Shown in pieces: positions 1 to 10,221 of a stretch of DNA of 64,000 nucleotides. Both the position numbers and the translations under genes were made by a program. Below the pieces are notes generated by a model. The model had not been told where the DNA came from. It worked only from the letters and a program-made list of their open reading frames with translations, and did no database searches. The stretch comes from Candidatus Omnitrophota bacterium (GTDB lineage Bacteria > Omnitrophota > Gorgyraeia > Gygaellales > Profunditerraquicolaceae), in assembly GCA_042577285.1 (NCBI GenBank), contig JBHPDM010000003.1:825-64824 (forward strand). Direction: 5' to 3'. Positions within the stretch are counted from its first letter, which is position 1. Every line of letters begins with the position of its first letter.

Positions 1-2
1 GG

Positions 3-1244
3 CGCTATCTTAAATATCGCGGCTTTAAGGTAAATTTTGTACGCAACATCACCGATATTGACGATAAGATCATCAACCGCGCCAATGAACTCAAAATCGA
101 CTGGAAGGAATTGGTCGGGAAGTATATCTTGAGCTACCAGGAAGATCTTTTAGCGTTGGGTATTGAAAAGGCTGACCACGAGCCCAGGGCAAGCGAAAAT
201 ATTCCGGAGATGGTTGAATATATCAAGGTGCTTCTCGATAAGGCCTTTGCATATGAGTCGGGCGGGGATGTTTATTTTAATGTCAGGAAATTTTCCGGAT
301 ACGGCAAGTTATCCGGGCAGAGCATAGACCAGATGCAGTCAGGCGCAAGGATCGAGCCGAGCAAAAGCAAAAAAGATCCTCTGGATTTCGCCCTCTGGAA
401 GAAGTCGAAGCAGGATGAACCTGCCTGGGATAGCCCGTGGGGCAAGGGCCGGCCCGGATGGCACATCGAGTGCTCAGTAATGTCTCAAAAGTTCTTAAAG
501 ACTGATACCCTTGATATACACGCCGGTGGACGGGACCTGATCTTTCCGCATCATGAGAATGAGATCGCCCAGGGTGAGGCAAGATCCGGAAAACAGTTTG
601 CTAAATATTGGATCCACCACGGCCTTCTGACGATCAACGGCCAGAAGATGTCCAAGTCGCTGGGGAATTTTATCTCGATAAAGGATATCCTGAAAAAACA
701 TAGCGCCGATACCCTAAAAGCTTTCTTCCTGGGCGCGCATTATGCTTCACCGATCGATTATAGCGAGGATCGGATGCGTGAATCCGCAGAGGCTCTAGAG
801 CGGATCGTAATTTTGCTGCAAAAAATAGATTTAAGGCTAAAGACCGCAGACCAAAGACCCAAGACCGCAGACCTTAAAGAGATAGAAAAAATAAAAGATC
901 AATTTATTGAAGCGATGGATGATGATTTTAATTCGCCCCGCGGCCTGGCAGCGATATTTGATCTGGTGAGTTTAAGCAACAAGAAGATAGAAGATGCGGA
1001 TTTTCTCATCCATGCAAAGGCATCCTTAAAGGAGATGCTGGATATCTTCGGGATATCCTTAAAGGTCAAGACGAAGACCAGCGCAATTACCGATAAGGAT
1101 ATTAAAGATAAGATTCAGGCGAGAGAGAAGGCGCGCAAGGATAAGGATTATGCGCTCTCTGATAAGATCCGCAAGGAGCTGGAGGCAAAGGGCGTCATTC
1201 TGGAAGATACAAAGGATGGCACCACCTGGCGCAGAAAATTATAA
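3..1244 (+). CDS. cysS: Cysteine--tRNA ligase, 5'-truncated by the window edge
   Basis: The frame is open from base 3 (RYLKYRGFKVNFVRNITDIDDKII) and is the same frame as track ORF 111..1244. It carries a class I aaRS core (GWHIECS, FPHHENE) and a KMSKS loop (QKMSKSLGN). Confidence 0.95.
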   Translation, partial: RYLKYRGFKVNFVRNITDIDDKIINRANELKIDWKELVGKYILSYQEDLLALGIEKADHEPRASENIPEMVEYIKVLLDKAFAYESGGDVYFNVRKFSGYGKLSGQSIDQMQSGARIEPSKSKKDPLDFALWKKSKQDEPAWDSPWGKGRPGWHIECSVMSQKFLKTDTLDIHAGGRDLIFPHHENEIAQGEARSGKQFAKYWIHHGLLTINGQKMSKSLGNFISIKDILKKHSADTLKAFFLGAHYASPIDYSEDRMRESAEALERIVILLQKIDLRLKTADQRPKTADLKEIEKIKDQFIEAMDDDFNSPRGLAAIFDLVSLSNKKIEDADFLIHAKASLKEMLDIFGISLKVKTKTSAITDKDIKDKIQAREKARKDKDYALSDKIRKELEAKGVILEDTKDGTTWRRKL

Positions 1245-1248
1245 GTAG

Positions 1249-1348
1249 TTTTGCGGGTGGCTTGGACTGATTTTCGAGGTGCGTGATGCACCGAGAAAAC
1301 AGTCCAAGACAGGACCCGCAAAAAACCGACCCTGAGCGAGAAGGTCGG
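1249..1348. other. Long imperfect hairpin (about 32 bp, with a tandem G.A/A.G mismatch) plus a second short hairpin in the cysS-tmk spacer
   Basis: Hand-paired arms: TTGCGGGT/ACCCGCAA, CTTGGACTG/CAGTCCAAG, TTTTC-GA-GGTGC/GCACC-GA-GAAAA. These are followed by CCGACC..GGTCGG. Confidence 0.5.
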
Positions 1349-1381
1349 CAGATTCATTTTATAGCAAAGAGCAGGTTGACT

Positions 1382-1993
1382 ATGAAAGGCAAATTTATTA
1401 CATTTGAGGGCAACGAGGGGTGCGGGAAGAGTACGCAGGCGAGGCTCCTCTCTGATTATCTGAAGCGAAAAGGGCACCGAGTGATTTTTCTGCGCGAGCC
1501 GGGCGGGACAAAAATCAGCGAGAAGATAAGAAGTATTCTTTTAGACGCTGAAAACGATTCGATGTCGCCGGCCTGTGAGATGCTGCTTTATATGGCGGCG
1601 CGCGCTCAGATAGTCCAAGAGATCATAGGCCCTGCGCTTTTGAAAGGTAAGACCGTGATCTGCGACAGATTCCTGGATTCTACCATCGTCTATCAGGGGT
1701 ATGGCCTGGGCCAAAATATAAGTCTTATTAAGAAGCTGGGAAAGGTTTCTACTTACGGGATAAAGCCGGATCTGACGATATTACTGGATGAGGCTACTGA
1801 GGAAGGCCTCAGGCGCTGCGGCAGGGTAAAGGACCGTATTGAGCAAAGGTCGATCAGTTATCATCAGCGCGTAAGACGTGGATACCTGCACCTGGCCTCC
1901 CTCAACCGCCGGCGGATCAAGGTGGTAAAGGTAGAAAAGAATAAAAATCTCACTCAGCGTAAGATCAGGGGGATCGTAGAGGATGTCATTTAA
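1382..1993 (+). CDS. tmk: Thymidylate kinase
   Basis: P-loop FEGNEGCGKST and the dTMP kinase fold pattern (DRF..S..VYQG). The start is moved to ATG 1382 (MKGKFITFEG) because 1283..1381 is hairpin-rich spacer. Confidence 0.9.
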   Translation: MKGKFITFEGNEGCGKSTQARLLSDYLKRKGHRVIFLREPGGTKISEKIRSILLDAENDSMSPACEMLLYMAARAQIVQEIIGPALLKGKTVICDRFLDSTIVYQGYGLGQNISLIKKLGKVSTYGIKPDLTILLDEATEEGLRRCGRVKDRIEQRSISYHQRVRRGYLHLASLNRRRIKVVKVEKNKNLTQRKIRGIVEDVI

Positions 1994-2951
1994 AGATATA
2001 AAGGGACACGCCAGGACTATCGAAAGGCTTAAGGGGTACCGGAAGTCCGGAACCCTGGCCGGCGCCTATCTTTTTAGCGGACCGGAGGGGGTGGGCAAGG
2101 CGCTATCAGCAAGGGCATTTGCCAAGAGTGTAAACTGTTTAGAGGCTGAGGTTGATTCCTGCGATAGATGTATCTCTTGTAAAAGAATCGATAACGCTCA
2201 GCACCCGGATGTCTATTTTATCGAGCCCTCTGATAAAGGAATAATTAAAATAGAATACATCCGCGAGCTTAAAAAACGTATCGCCCTTAAGCCTTACGAG
2301 GCAAAGTTTAAAGTCTTTATTATAAACGAAGCGCAGCGGATGAACGCTGAAGCGCAAAACGCGCTTTTAAAGGTGCTGGAGGAGCCTCCGGCGCATAGCC
2401 TGATCATCCTGGTCAGCTCAAAGCCAGCTTTATTATTTGGGACGATAATTTCACGCTGCCAGGTGGTAAAGTTTTCACCGCTTACCAGAGACTGCCTAAA
2501 GAGTATCCTGCAAAAGGATTACCGGCTGGACTCGGTCCTGGCTCACTTTTTAGCCTATTCCTGCGAAGGCAGGATCGGTTCGGCCTTGAATTTAAAAGAC
2601 CGGGACGCTTTAGGCGAGAAGAACGCGGTGATCGATGCCTTTGACTTGCCGCGCAGGCCGCCCTTCGATACCTTATCAATAGCTGACAGAAGCCAGGCGC
2701 GCAGGCACCTGAATACCTTGAGCCTCTGGTTTCGAGATATATACCTGGCCAAGTCAGGGATAGAGCATTCCCAGATAATCAACATTGACCGCAAGGCAGA
2801 GCTGTTAAAGCTTCCAGACCGTTACAGCTGGGATGAGCTTGACGAGATCCTGAAGTCCATATCGGACTCAATATTTTATCTGGAGCAGAATATAAACATT
2901 AAACTATTACTATCGAACTTACAGGCGCAATTATGGAAAGCAAGATCCTGA
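1983..2951 (+). CDS. holB: DNA polymerase III delta-prime subunit
   Basis: Clamp-loader AAA+ pattern: GPEGVGK, a Cys4 zinc module (CDRCISCKR), an NALLKVLEEPP box and ISRCQ. Confidence 0.85.
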   Translation: MSFKDIKGHARTIERLKGYRKSGTLAGAYLFSGPEGVGKALSARAFAKSVNCLEAEVDSCDRCISCKRIDNAQHPDVYFIEPSDKGIIKIEYIRELKKRIALKPYEAKFKVFIINEAQRMNAEAQNALLKVLEEPPAHSLIILVSSKPALLFGTIISRCQVVKFSPLTRDCLKSILQKDYRLDSVLAHFLAYSCEGRIGSALNLKDRDALGEKNAVIDAFDLPRRPPFDTLSIADRSQARRHLNTLSLWFRDIYLAKSGIEHSQIINIDRKAELLKLPDRYSWDELDEILKSISDSIFYLEQNINIKLLLSNLQAQLWKARS

Positions 2952-3712
2952 TCAGGCTCAGGGATGCCGGGCAGAACTGTTTATACAATGCCGCAGGCTT
3001 GAGCATTAAAGAGGGTGAGCATGTCATCGTCGAACATGACCGGGGGCTTGATTACGGGCAGGTCATTTCTCCGAAGAACCGGGCCCAGGAGAAGTCAAAG
3101 GAGACGCTAAAGAAGGTGGTGCGGTTGGCCACAGAGAGCGACCTCAGGCAGATCGCCGATAACCGCTGCAAGGCAAAGAGCGCTTTTAATGCCTGTATTA
3201 AAAAGATCGAAGAGCATAAGCTGGATATGAAGCTTGTGCGCGCCGAATACTCTTTTGACCGGACAAAGATCATATTTTATTTTACCGCCGAAGGCAGGGT
3301 GGATTTTCGCAGCCTTGTGAAGGACCTGGCCAAGATCTTCAAGGCGCGCATCGAATTAAGGCAAATCGGAGTAAGGGATGAGGCAAAGATGTTCGGCGGA
3401 TTCGGGCCCTGCGGCAGGGAGCTTTGCTGCGCGAAGTTCCTTAAGGACTTCGAGCCGGTGACGATCAAGATGGCCAAGGAAGAGGGGTTACCCTTAAATC
3501 CACCCAAGATCTCCGGGTTGTGCGGGAGGCTGATGTGTTGTCTTTCCTTTGAATACGAGACCTACAAGTCCTTATCAAAGGGGCTTCCCCGCGAGGGGGA
3601 ACGCGTCGCCACCCCCCAGGGTAAAGGTAAGGTCATAGGAGTGAATGTGTTTAAAAGAACGGCTACGGTTCAACTGGAGAGCGGGATTCAGGTAGAGGTG
3701 TCGTATAAGTAG
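2933..3712 (+). CDS. PSP1 domain protein (YaaT/RicT-like)
   Basis: PSP1 C-terminal domain pattern (EYSFDRTKIIFYFTAEGRVDFRSLVKDLA) and a Cys cluster (GPCGRELCC..GLCGRLMCC). It sits in the usual position after holB. Confidence 0.8.
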   Translation: MESKILIRLRDAGQNCLYNAAGLSIKEGEHVIVEHDRGLDYGQVISPKNRAQEKSKETLKKVVRLATESDLRQIADNRCKAKSAFNACIKKIEEHKLDMKLVRAEYSFDRTKIIFYFTAEGRVDFRSLVKDLAKIFKARIELRQIGVRDEAKMFGGFGPCGRELCCAKFLKDFEPVTIKMAKEEGLPLNPPKISGLCGRLMCCLSFEYETYKSLSKGLPREGERVATPQGKGKVIGVNVFKRTATVQLESGIQVEVSYK

Positions 3713-3719
3713 AAAAAAG

Positions 3720-5237
3720 ATGGAGAATAAATTTTATATAACTACGCCTTTGTATTACGTCAATGCCGCGCCTCATATCGGGCATTCCTATACTAATATC
3801 GCAGCTGACGCCCTGGCGCGCCAGAGGCGCCGGATCTTAGGGGATAAAAAGGTTTGGCTTCTCACCGGTACTGACGAGCACGGCGAGAAGATCCAGAAGG
3901 CCTCCGTTGATAAAGGTCTAGAACCTCAGGCCTTCACTGATAAGATGGTTCTTCAGTTTACGGGTCTCTGGAAAAAGCTGGATATATCACACAACGATTT
4001 TATCCGTACCACCGAAGAGCGGCACATCAGGTGCGTGCAGAGGGCCTTAGAGATCCTGCATAAAAACGGAGATATCTACAAAGATAAATACCAGGGCCGA
4101 TACTGTACGCCCTGTGAGACGTTCTGGACTGATGCGCAGGCGCCGGAATCACTTTGTCCTGACTGCAAACGGCCCGTAGAAAGGATCGCCGAGACTAATT
4201 ATTTCTTCAGGCTATCAAAGTATCAGCAGTGGTTGATCAAATATATCGAGGAGCATCCCGGTTTCATCAAGCCAGATATCCGGCGTAATGAGGTGCTAAG
4301 TTTCCTGAACTTAAATGAATTAACTGATCTTTGTATCTCACGGCCTAAGGAGCGTTTAAGTTGGGGGATACCGGTTCCCTTTAGCCCTGATCACGTGGTC
4401 TATGTCTGGTTTGATGCCCTGATAAATTATATCAGTGCCGTAGGTTCTTTTGACGCTAAGGGTAAATATAGCTCCAAGTGGTGGCCGGCAGACCTGCATC
4501 TTATCGGTAAGGATATCTTAAGACAGCATGCGATATATTGGCCGATCATGCTGCGCGCGCTTGATATAGAGTGCCCGAAGACTATATTCGCCCACGGCTG
4601 GTGGATGATCGGCGAAGATAAGATGTCCAAATCGCTGGGAAACGTCACCTCCCCAGTCGACATGGTAAATGAATTCGGCATTGATGTATACAGGTATTTC
4701 CTGTTGCGTGATGTATCCTTTGGTCTTGACGGGAACTTCTCAAGAAATGCGATTATCAAGCGGTTCAACAGCGACCTGGCCAATGACTTGGGCAACTTGG
4801 TCTACAGGACGCTGACTATGTGCGAAAAGTATTTTAAAGGCGATATCCCTGTTGCCTTGGATACGATTAAAGATAAACATGCAGAGGCGATCCGTGAGAA
4901 GATCGCGCATCTTAATGAGGAGATCTCCTCCGGCAGAGGCTTAGGCGGACCGGATTTTGATTTCAGTCATCCCCTTGAGAAGATCTGGGAATTGATCAAT
5001 ATGGCGAATAAGCATATCGAAGATACTAAGCCCTGGAATCTTGCCAAAGAGAACAAGACAGAGGAGCTCAAGGGATTTATCGCTCTTTTATTGGCAGTGA
5101 TCAGAGAGGTCGCCCATCAGATCGCGCCTTTTATGCCGCGGACAAGAGAGGCTATCGTTAAGCAGATCGGCAGGGATAAGATCAAGAAAGGAAAACCGTT
5201 ATTTCCCCGCATAGATAATAAAACTCCAGGCTCCTGA
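3720..5237 (+). CDS. metG: Methionine--tRNA ligase (short form)
   Basis: HIGH motif (APHIGHSYT), KMSKS (DKMSKSLGN) and a CxxC..CxxC zinc knuckle (CTPCE..CPDCK). Confidence 0.95.
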   Translation: MENKFYITTPLYYVNAAPHIGHSYTNIAADALARQRRRILGDKKVWLLTGTDEHGEKIQKASVDKGLEPQAFTDKMVLQFTGLWKKLDISHNDFIRTTEERHIRCVQRALEILHKNGDIYKDKYQGRYCTPCETFWTDAQAPESLCPDCKRPVERIAETNYFFRLSKYQQWLIKYIEEHPGFIKPDIRRNEVLSFLNLNELTDLCISRPKERLSWGIPVPFSPDHVVYVWFDALINYISAVGSFDAKGKYSSKWWPADLHLIGKDILRQHAIYWPIMLRALDIECPKTIFAHGWWMIGEDKMSKSLGNVTSPVDMVNEFGIDVYRYFLLRDVSFGLDGNFSRNAIIKRFNSDLANDLGNLVYRTLTMCEKYFKGDIPVALDTIKDKHAEAIREKIAHLNEEISSGRGLGGPDFDFSHPLEKIWELINMANKHIEDTKPWNLAKENKTEELKGFIALLLAVIREVAHQIAPFMPRTREAIVKQIGRDKIKKGKPLFPRIDNKTPGS

Positions 5238-5254
5238 TTTTAGACTCCTGACTC

Positions 5255-6016
5255 ATGCTTATAGATACACACTGCCATTTAGACTTTCCTGATTTCGACC
5301 GGGACAGGGAAGAAGTGATCGCCCGTTGCAGAGAGCAGGGCATAAGTCATATTGTAAATATCGGTTCCAGCCTGCGCGGCTCTAAAGATTCCCTCGCCTT
5401 GGCCAACAGCTGCGATTTTGTATATGCTACCGTCGGTTTACACCCGCATGAGGCGGATAGTTTTAATGAAAAGATACCCGTTGTTCTCTCACAGCTCGCC
5501 CGGGAGGAAAAGGCGGTTGCTATCGGGGAGATAGGCCTGGATTACTTTAAGAATTATTCCAAGCAGGATAATCAGAGAATATTATTCAAGAGCATGCTTA
5601 AACTGGCAAAGGCGGCCGGTTTACCGGTTGTGATCCACAACCGTCAGGCCCAGGAGGATACGTTAAAGATCATAAAAAGCTTTATGCCCCTTAAGGCGGT
5701 AGTGCATTGTTTTTCGGGTGATCAGGATTTTTTAAGGGAATGTCTGGATCTGGGGTTTTTTGTTTCTTTTACCTGTAACATCACCTATAAGAAGGCAGAG
5801 AAGTTAAGGGCTCTGGTGAAAACTGCGCCGCTTGAAAGGCTCTTCCTTGAAACTGATGCGCCATTCCTTCCGCCGGAGGGGCTGCGCGGGGCGAGGAATG
5901 AACCGGTCTATGTAAAGAATCTTGCAGAGGAGATCGCCAGGATCAAGGGCTTAAGTTTTGAGGAAGTAGCCAGAATTACCACAGAAAACGCAAGGGAATT
6001 CTTCGACTTAAAATGA
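5255..6016 (+). CDS. tatD: TatD family metal-dependent hydrolase/DNase
   Basis: N-terminal IDTHCHL, GEIGLDY and a VIHCFSG-like motif (VVHCFSG) typical of TatD/YcfH. Confidence 0.9.
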   Translation: MLIDTHCHLDFPDFDRDREEVIARCREQGISHIVNIGSSLRGSKDSLALANSCDFVYATVGLHPHEADSFNEKIPVVLSQLAREEKAVAIGEIGLDYFKNYSKQDNQRILFKSMLKLAKAAGLPVVIHNRQAQEDTLKIIKSFMPLKAVVHCFSGDQDFLRECLDLGFFVSFTCNITYKKAEKLRALVKTAPLERLFLETDAPFLPPEGLRGARNEPVYVKNLAEEIARIKGLSFEEVARITTENAREFFDLK

Positions 6017-7134
6017 ACAGGGCAAATGTCTCGATCGTCAAATGTAATGATTATCAGCGCTCCTCGGTGCAGGAGTCTGTTGCCAGGGCGATAGATCTGA
6101 TCGGGGGGATATCGAGTTTTATAAGGCCGCAAAGTAAGGTCCTGGTCAAGCCCAATCTTCTGATGGCAAAGGGGCCTGATTCCGGTATCACCACGCACCC
6201 CGAGGTAGTGCGCGCCGTCGTCAGGATCCTAAAAGGGATAAATTGTCGGGTCATCGTCGGAGACGGGCCGAGCGTCTGGGGGAACAAAATAGAGGATGTG
6301 GATGAGGTCTATGAGAATACCGGCATAAAGCAGGTCTGTCTGGATGAGGGTGTTTCACTGGTAAAATTCGATAAAAGGCGCTGGCATAAGAAATTCCCCT
6401 TAAGCACATGGCTTGATCACTGCGATCATGTAGTAAATCTGCCTAAGTTTAAGACCCATGACCTGACTACTCTCACCGGTGCTATAAAGAACCTCTTTGG
6501 CGTAGTAACCGGGAGCTTTAAGACCGAACTGCATAAGAATTATTATAAAATCGAAGATTTCTCCGCTATCCTTGTAGATATTTATGAAGCGGTAAAGCCT
6601 TCTCTGACCCTAGTTGACGCAGTGGTGGCAATGGAGGGGGATGGGCCGGCAAGCGCCGGAAAGTTACGCAAGCCCCGGCTCCTTTTGGCCGGTTCCGATT
6701 GCGTGGCGCTGGATAGTATCCTGGCTTTGATCATGGGTATAAAGCCGACTGATATCGTAAGCACTAAGCAGGCGGCAAGCAGAGGCCTGGGGGTGGCTGA
6801 TCTCGATTTTATCTCAGTAGCCGGAGAAAAGTTGCAGGATGCCATCGGCGAACCATTTTTGCTGCCGAGTACTTCGATGATCAAGAAGATCCCCGGGCCG
6901 GTGATCGAACTGGCAAAGAAGCTGATCAAATTCCGTCCTTATGTCTTGCGCGAAAACTGCACTAAGTGCCGGGCCTGTATAGATGCCTGTCCCAATAAAT
7001 GCATACAAATGAAGAATGAGTCGATAACCTTTGATTATAAAAATTGTATCTCCTGTTTCTGCTGTCAGGAGGCCTGCCCAACTGCAGCGATTCAAGTGAA
7101 GAAAAGTATTATCGCTAAAATAATCGGCCTCTAA
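6013..7134 (+). CDS. DUF362 domain protein with a C-terminal 2x[4Fe-4S] ferredoxin domain
   Basis: DUF362-like N-terminus (VLVKPNL.., VNLPKFKTH) and two CxxCxxCxxxCP motifs at the C-terminus (CTKCRACIDACP, CISCFCCQEACP). Confidence 0.75.
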   Translation: MNRANVSIVKCNDYQRSSVQESVARAIDLIGGISSFIRPQSKVLVKPNLLMAKGPDSGITTHPEVVRAVVRILKGINCRVIVGDGPSVWGNKIEDVDEVYENTGIKQVCLDEGVSLVKFDKRRWHKKFPLSTWLDHCDHVVNLPKFKTHDLTTLTGAIKNLFGVVTGSFKTELHKNYYKIEDFSAILVDIYEAVKPSLTLVDAVVAMEGDGPASAGKLRKPRLLLAGSDCVALDSILALIMGIKPTDIVSTKQAASRGLGVADLDFISVAGEKLQDAIGEPFLLPSTSMIKKIPGPVIELAKKLIKFRPYVLRENCTKCRACIDACPNKCIQMKNESITFDYKNCISCFCCQEACPTAAIQVKKSIIAKIIGL

Positions 7135-7145
7135 AAGGAGTAACT

Positions 7146-8204
7146 ATGAAGATCCAGACGATAGAGTGGCAAAAGAGCCGGATCAGGATGATCGACCAGA
7201 CGAAGCTTCCCGGAAAGATAGAATATATTTACATCCACGACCTAAGGGCTTTATGGCAGGCGATAAGGTCGATGAAGGTGCGCGGCGCCCCGGCCCTGGG
7301 AGCTGCAGCGGCTTTAGGCGTTTATTTAGGGGTCAAAGATTCTCAGGCAAAAAAATTCGCTCAATTTAAGAAAGAGCTTGATCAGACGATTAAATATATC
7401 GGATCATCCCGTCCTACTGCGCGTAACCTCTTTTGGGCCCTGGAGCGGATGCGAAAGTGCGCCTTAAGACATAAGGGTGAGCCTACCCTTAAGTTAAAGC
7501 GGATACTTTTAAGAGAGGCGCGTAAGGTTATCGACGAAGATAAAGCTGCCTGCCGCAGGATCGGTAGATACGGGCAGGTACTGATTAAGAACAAAGATTC
7601 CGTCTTGACGATCTGCAATGCCGGGATCCTGGCCACTATAGATTACGGAACTGCCTTGGGAGTGATCTATGCGGCTCTTGCTAGGGGTAAGAAGTTTAAG
7701 GTCTTTGCCTGCGAGACCAGGCCGATGTTGCAGGGGGCGAGGCTTACCACCTGGGAGCTGAAGAAGAAGGGCGTTGATCTGACTTTGATCTGCGATAGTA
7801 TGGCAGCGGCATTGATGCAAGGGGGCAGGATTAAAAAAGTGATAGCCGGAGCGGACAGGATCGCGCTTAACGGCGATACCGCTAATAAGGTCGGTACGTA
7901 TAATCTGGCGGTTTTATGCCGATTTCACAAGATACCCTTTTACATCGCAGCACCCTCATCGACCTTTGACTTAAAGATCAGATCGGGCAGCCAGATCCCT
8001 ATTGAAAGCAGGCCCGCTAAAGAGGTCACGGAGTTGTTTTTTAAAAAGCGGATTGCACCAGGCGGGATCAAGGTCTTTAATCCCGCTTTTGATGTCACTC
8101 CGAACGGGTTGATCAGCGCGATGATCACAGATAGGGGAGTGATCAGGCCGCCTTACAGGAGGAATATTGCCAGGATCATCGGCAGGCAGAATGCGGGTAG
8201 ATAA
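7146..8204 (+). CDS. mtnA: S-methyl-5-thioribose-1-phosphate isomerase (eIF-2B alpha/beta/delta family)
   Basis: Family-typical motifs: VRGAPALGAAAA, TICNAG, GADRIA.NGD.ANK.GTY, NPAFDVTP. Confidence 0.85.
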   Translation: MKIQTIEWQKSRIRMIDQTKLPGKIEYIYIHDLRALWQAIRSMKVRGAPALGAAAALGVYLGVKDSQAKKFAQFKKELDQTIKYIGSSRPTARNLFWALERMRKCALRHKGEPTLKLKRILLREARKVIDEDKAACRRIGRYGQVLIKNKDSVLTICNAGILATIDYGTALGVIYAALARGKKFKVFACETRPMLQGARLTTWELKKKGVDLTLICDSMAAALMQGGRIKKVIAGADRIALNGDTANKVGTYNLAVLCRFHKIPFYIAAPSSTFDLKIRSGSQIPIESRPAKEVTELFFKKRIAPGGIKVFNPAFDVTPNGLISAMITDRGVIRPPYRRNIARIIGRQNAGR

Positions 8205-9087
8205 GCTCGGCGAGTTTGCTTTGATCGAAAGGTTCAGAAAGCCCTTGAAAGTGGATAAAACAGTCCTGCAGGGCAGCGGTGACGATTGCGCGGTATTGAA
8301 GTCAGGCAAAAATACTTATCAGCTTCTTACCTGCGATGCGCTAGTCGATGGGGTTGATTTTTCGCTGAGAGACGATCCTTTTTTAGTCGGCAGAAAGGCG
8401 GTAGCGGTTTCTGTCAGCGATATCGCTGCCTGCGCCGGGATCCCGCGTTATGCTCTTGTGACTTTAGGCCTGCCCCGTAGCACGGAGGTCAGTTTTATAG
8501 ATAGGCTTTATAAGGGTATGCAAAAGGCTTTAAAGAGATACTCAATAAACTTAATCGGCGGGGACCTGACCCGCTCTAAGCAGTTAATGATCAGCGTCAC
8601 TATCGTAGGCAGTGTCAGGAAGAAGCGCCTTGTATTGAGGAGAGGGGCAAAGCCAGGGGATATTATTTTTGTCACCGGCAGCTTGGGTGGCTCGATCCGC
8701 GGAAAACACCTGCGTTTTACCCCGCGAATAAAGGAGGCGCAGAAATTGACCGGAAATTTCAAGCTGAATTCCATGATCGATATATCCGACGGGCTCGTCC
8801 AGGATCTTGAAAATATCCTTAAAGAAAGCGCAAGGGGAGCGGTTATCTACGAGGAGTTGATCCCAAAAGCCAAGGAGGCGCATAATTTCAAGGAGGCGCT
8901 TTTTATGGGTGAGGATTTTGAGTTGCTCTTTACGCTTTCGCGCCGGGAAGCAAAAAAGCTTATGAAAAATAAGGGATATAACTGTACTCCTATAGGAGAG
9001 ATCGCTGACCAGGAGTATGGTTTCAGGTTGATAGATAGACGCGGCCGGGAAAGCATTGTAAGGCCGCAAGGATTCCGGCATTTTTAA
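8191..9087 (+). CDS. thiL: Thiamine-monophosphate kinase
   Basis: LGEFALIERF..GDDCAVL N-terminus and an AIR-synthase-like fold. The start is set at ATG 8191. Confidence 0.85.
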   Translation: MRVDKLGEFALIERFRKPLKVDKTVLQGSGDDCAVLKSGKNTYQLLTCDALVDGVDFSLRDDPFLVGRKAVAVSVSDIAACAGIPRYALVTLGLPRSTEVSFIDRLYKGMQKALKRYSINLIGGDLTRSKQLMISVTIVGSVRKKRLVLRRGAKPGDIIFVTGSLGGSIRGKHLRFTPRIKEAQKLTGNFKLNSMIDISDGLVQDLENILKESARGAVIYEELIPKAKEAHNFKEALFMGEDFELLFTLSRREAKKLMKNKGYNCTPIGEIADQEYGFRLIDRRGRESIVRPQGFRHF

Positions 9088-9095
9088 AGGAGTTT

Positions 9096-9566
9096 ATGCA
9101 GATACTCTCTGAATCGGTTAACCAGACCTTGAATATAGGCAGAAAACTCTCTCCGATTTTAAAGGCAGGAGATATCCTCTGTCTCTTCGGTGAGCTCGGC
9201 TCCGGAAAGACTGTTTTAGTCAAGGGGATAGCCTCAGGGCTTGGCATAAAGAAGAGCGAGGTCTTAAGCCCTACCTTTATCCTGATCCGGCAATATGAGT
9301 TTGCGGGTTCTATGCTCAATCACTTTGATCTTTACAGATTAAAGAGCGAAAAAGATATCTTAGGCTTGGGCTACGAGGATTATTTTTTCGGCTGCGGCAT
9401 AACGGTCGTGGAATGGGCTGACAGGTTAAGAAATCTTACGCCTAAGGAGTATTTAGGGATCGAACTTTCAGTCAAGGGAAAAAAGCGCAGGCTGATAAAG
9501 ATGAAGGCCTGCGGAAGGCGCTACAAGGAATTGATCGATGGGCTCAATGAAAATATTAGGAATTGA
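9096..9566 (+). CDS. tsaE: tRNA t6A37 biosynthesis ATPase TsaE
   Basis: Walker A GELGSGKT and SPTF..HFDLYR motifs. Confidence 0.9.
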   Translation: MQILSESVNQTLNIGRKLSPILKAGDILCLFGELGSGKTVLVKGIASGLGIKKSEVLSPTFILIRQYEFAGSMLNHFDLYRLKSEKDILGLGYEDYFFGCGITVVEWADRLRNLTPKEYLGIELSVKGKKRRLIKMKACGRRYKELIDGLNENIRN

Positions 9567-10221
9567 TACATCAACGAAGATCTTGGCTTTAGGCGCATAT
9601 GACGGCTCTAAGATCTATGAATATAATTTAGAGACAGGCAGGAAGCTCTCCTCCCTGCTTGCCCCGACGATCCAGAGGGTGATCCGCGCCCTGGGCTGGA
9701 GAGCGCAGGATATCGATTGCTTTGCCTGCGGGTTAGGCCCAGGATCTTTTACCGGCCTGCGCATAGGCATGGCCCTGATAAAAGGTATCGCCTGGTCGCA
9801 AGGGGCGCCGGTGATCGGGATCTCGACTTTAGATATATTGGCCAGGAACGCAAAGCTAAAGAACGGTTATCTGGTACCGGTAATCGATGCGAAGAGAAAC
9901 CTGATCTACTCAGGGTTCTACCGGGTAAGGCAAGGCGTATGCAGTAAGGTTTCTAAATATATGCTTCTTAATAGTGAGGATCTGGTGAAGAAGGCAAAGA
10001 GCGGATCTCTTTTTTTAGGGGATGCCCTCAGCCTGCACAGCGAGGCGATCATGAGCAATAACAAGGACGCGGTGATCATGGGTGAGGACTATTGGTATCC
10101 AAGGGGCAGGCATATCATCGATCTGGCCCTGGAGAGATTGCGCAAGAAAAAGTTTACCGATGCAGCCAAAATAAGACCGATATATCTATATCCGAAGGAT
10201 TGCCAGGTAAGGCAAAGATGA
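9547..10221 (+). CDS. tsaB: tRNA t6A37 biosynthesis protein TsaB
   Basis: MKILGIDTST N-terminus and a GPGSFTGLRIG motif. It lies adjacent to tsaE. Confidence 0.9.
   Translation: MKILGIDTSTKILALGAYDGSKIYEYNLETGRKLSSLLAPTIQRVIRALGWRAQDIDCFACGLGPGSFTGLRIGMALIKGIAWSQGAPVIGISTLDILARNAKLKNGYLVPVIDAKRNLIYSGFYRVRQGVCSKVSKYMLLNSEDLVKKAKSGSLFLGDALSLHSEAIMSNNKDAVIMGEDYWYPRGRHIIDLALERLRKKKFTDAAKIRPIYLYPKDCQVRQR

Noticed and set aside
822-880. Short in-frame duplication in cysS (AAGACCGCAGACC twice, peptide KTADQRPKTADLK).
   Set aside because: It is a small low-complexity insertion in a variable linker region of CysS, with no functional implication I can support.
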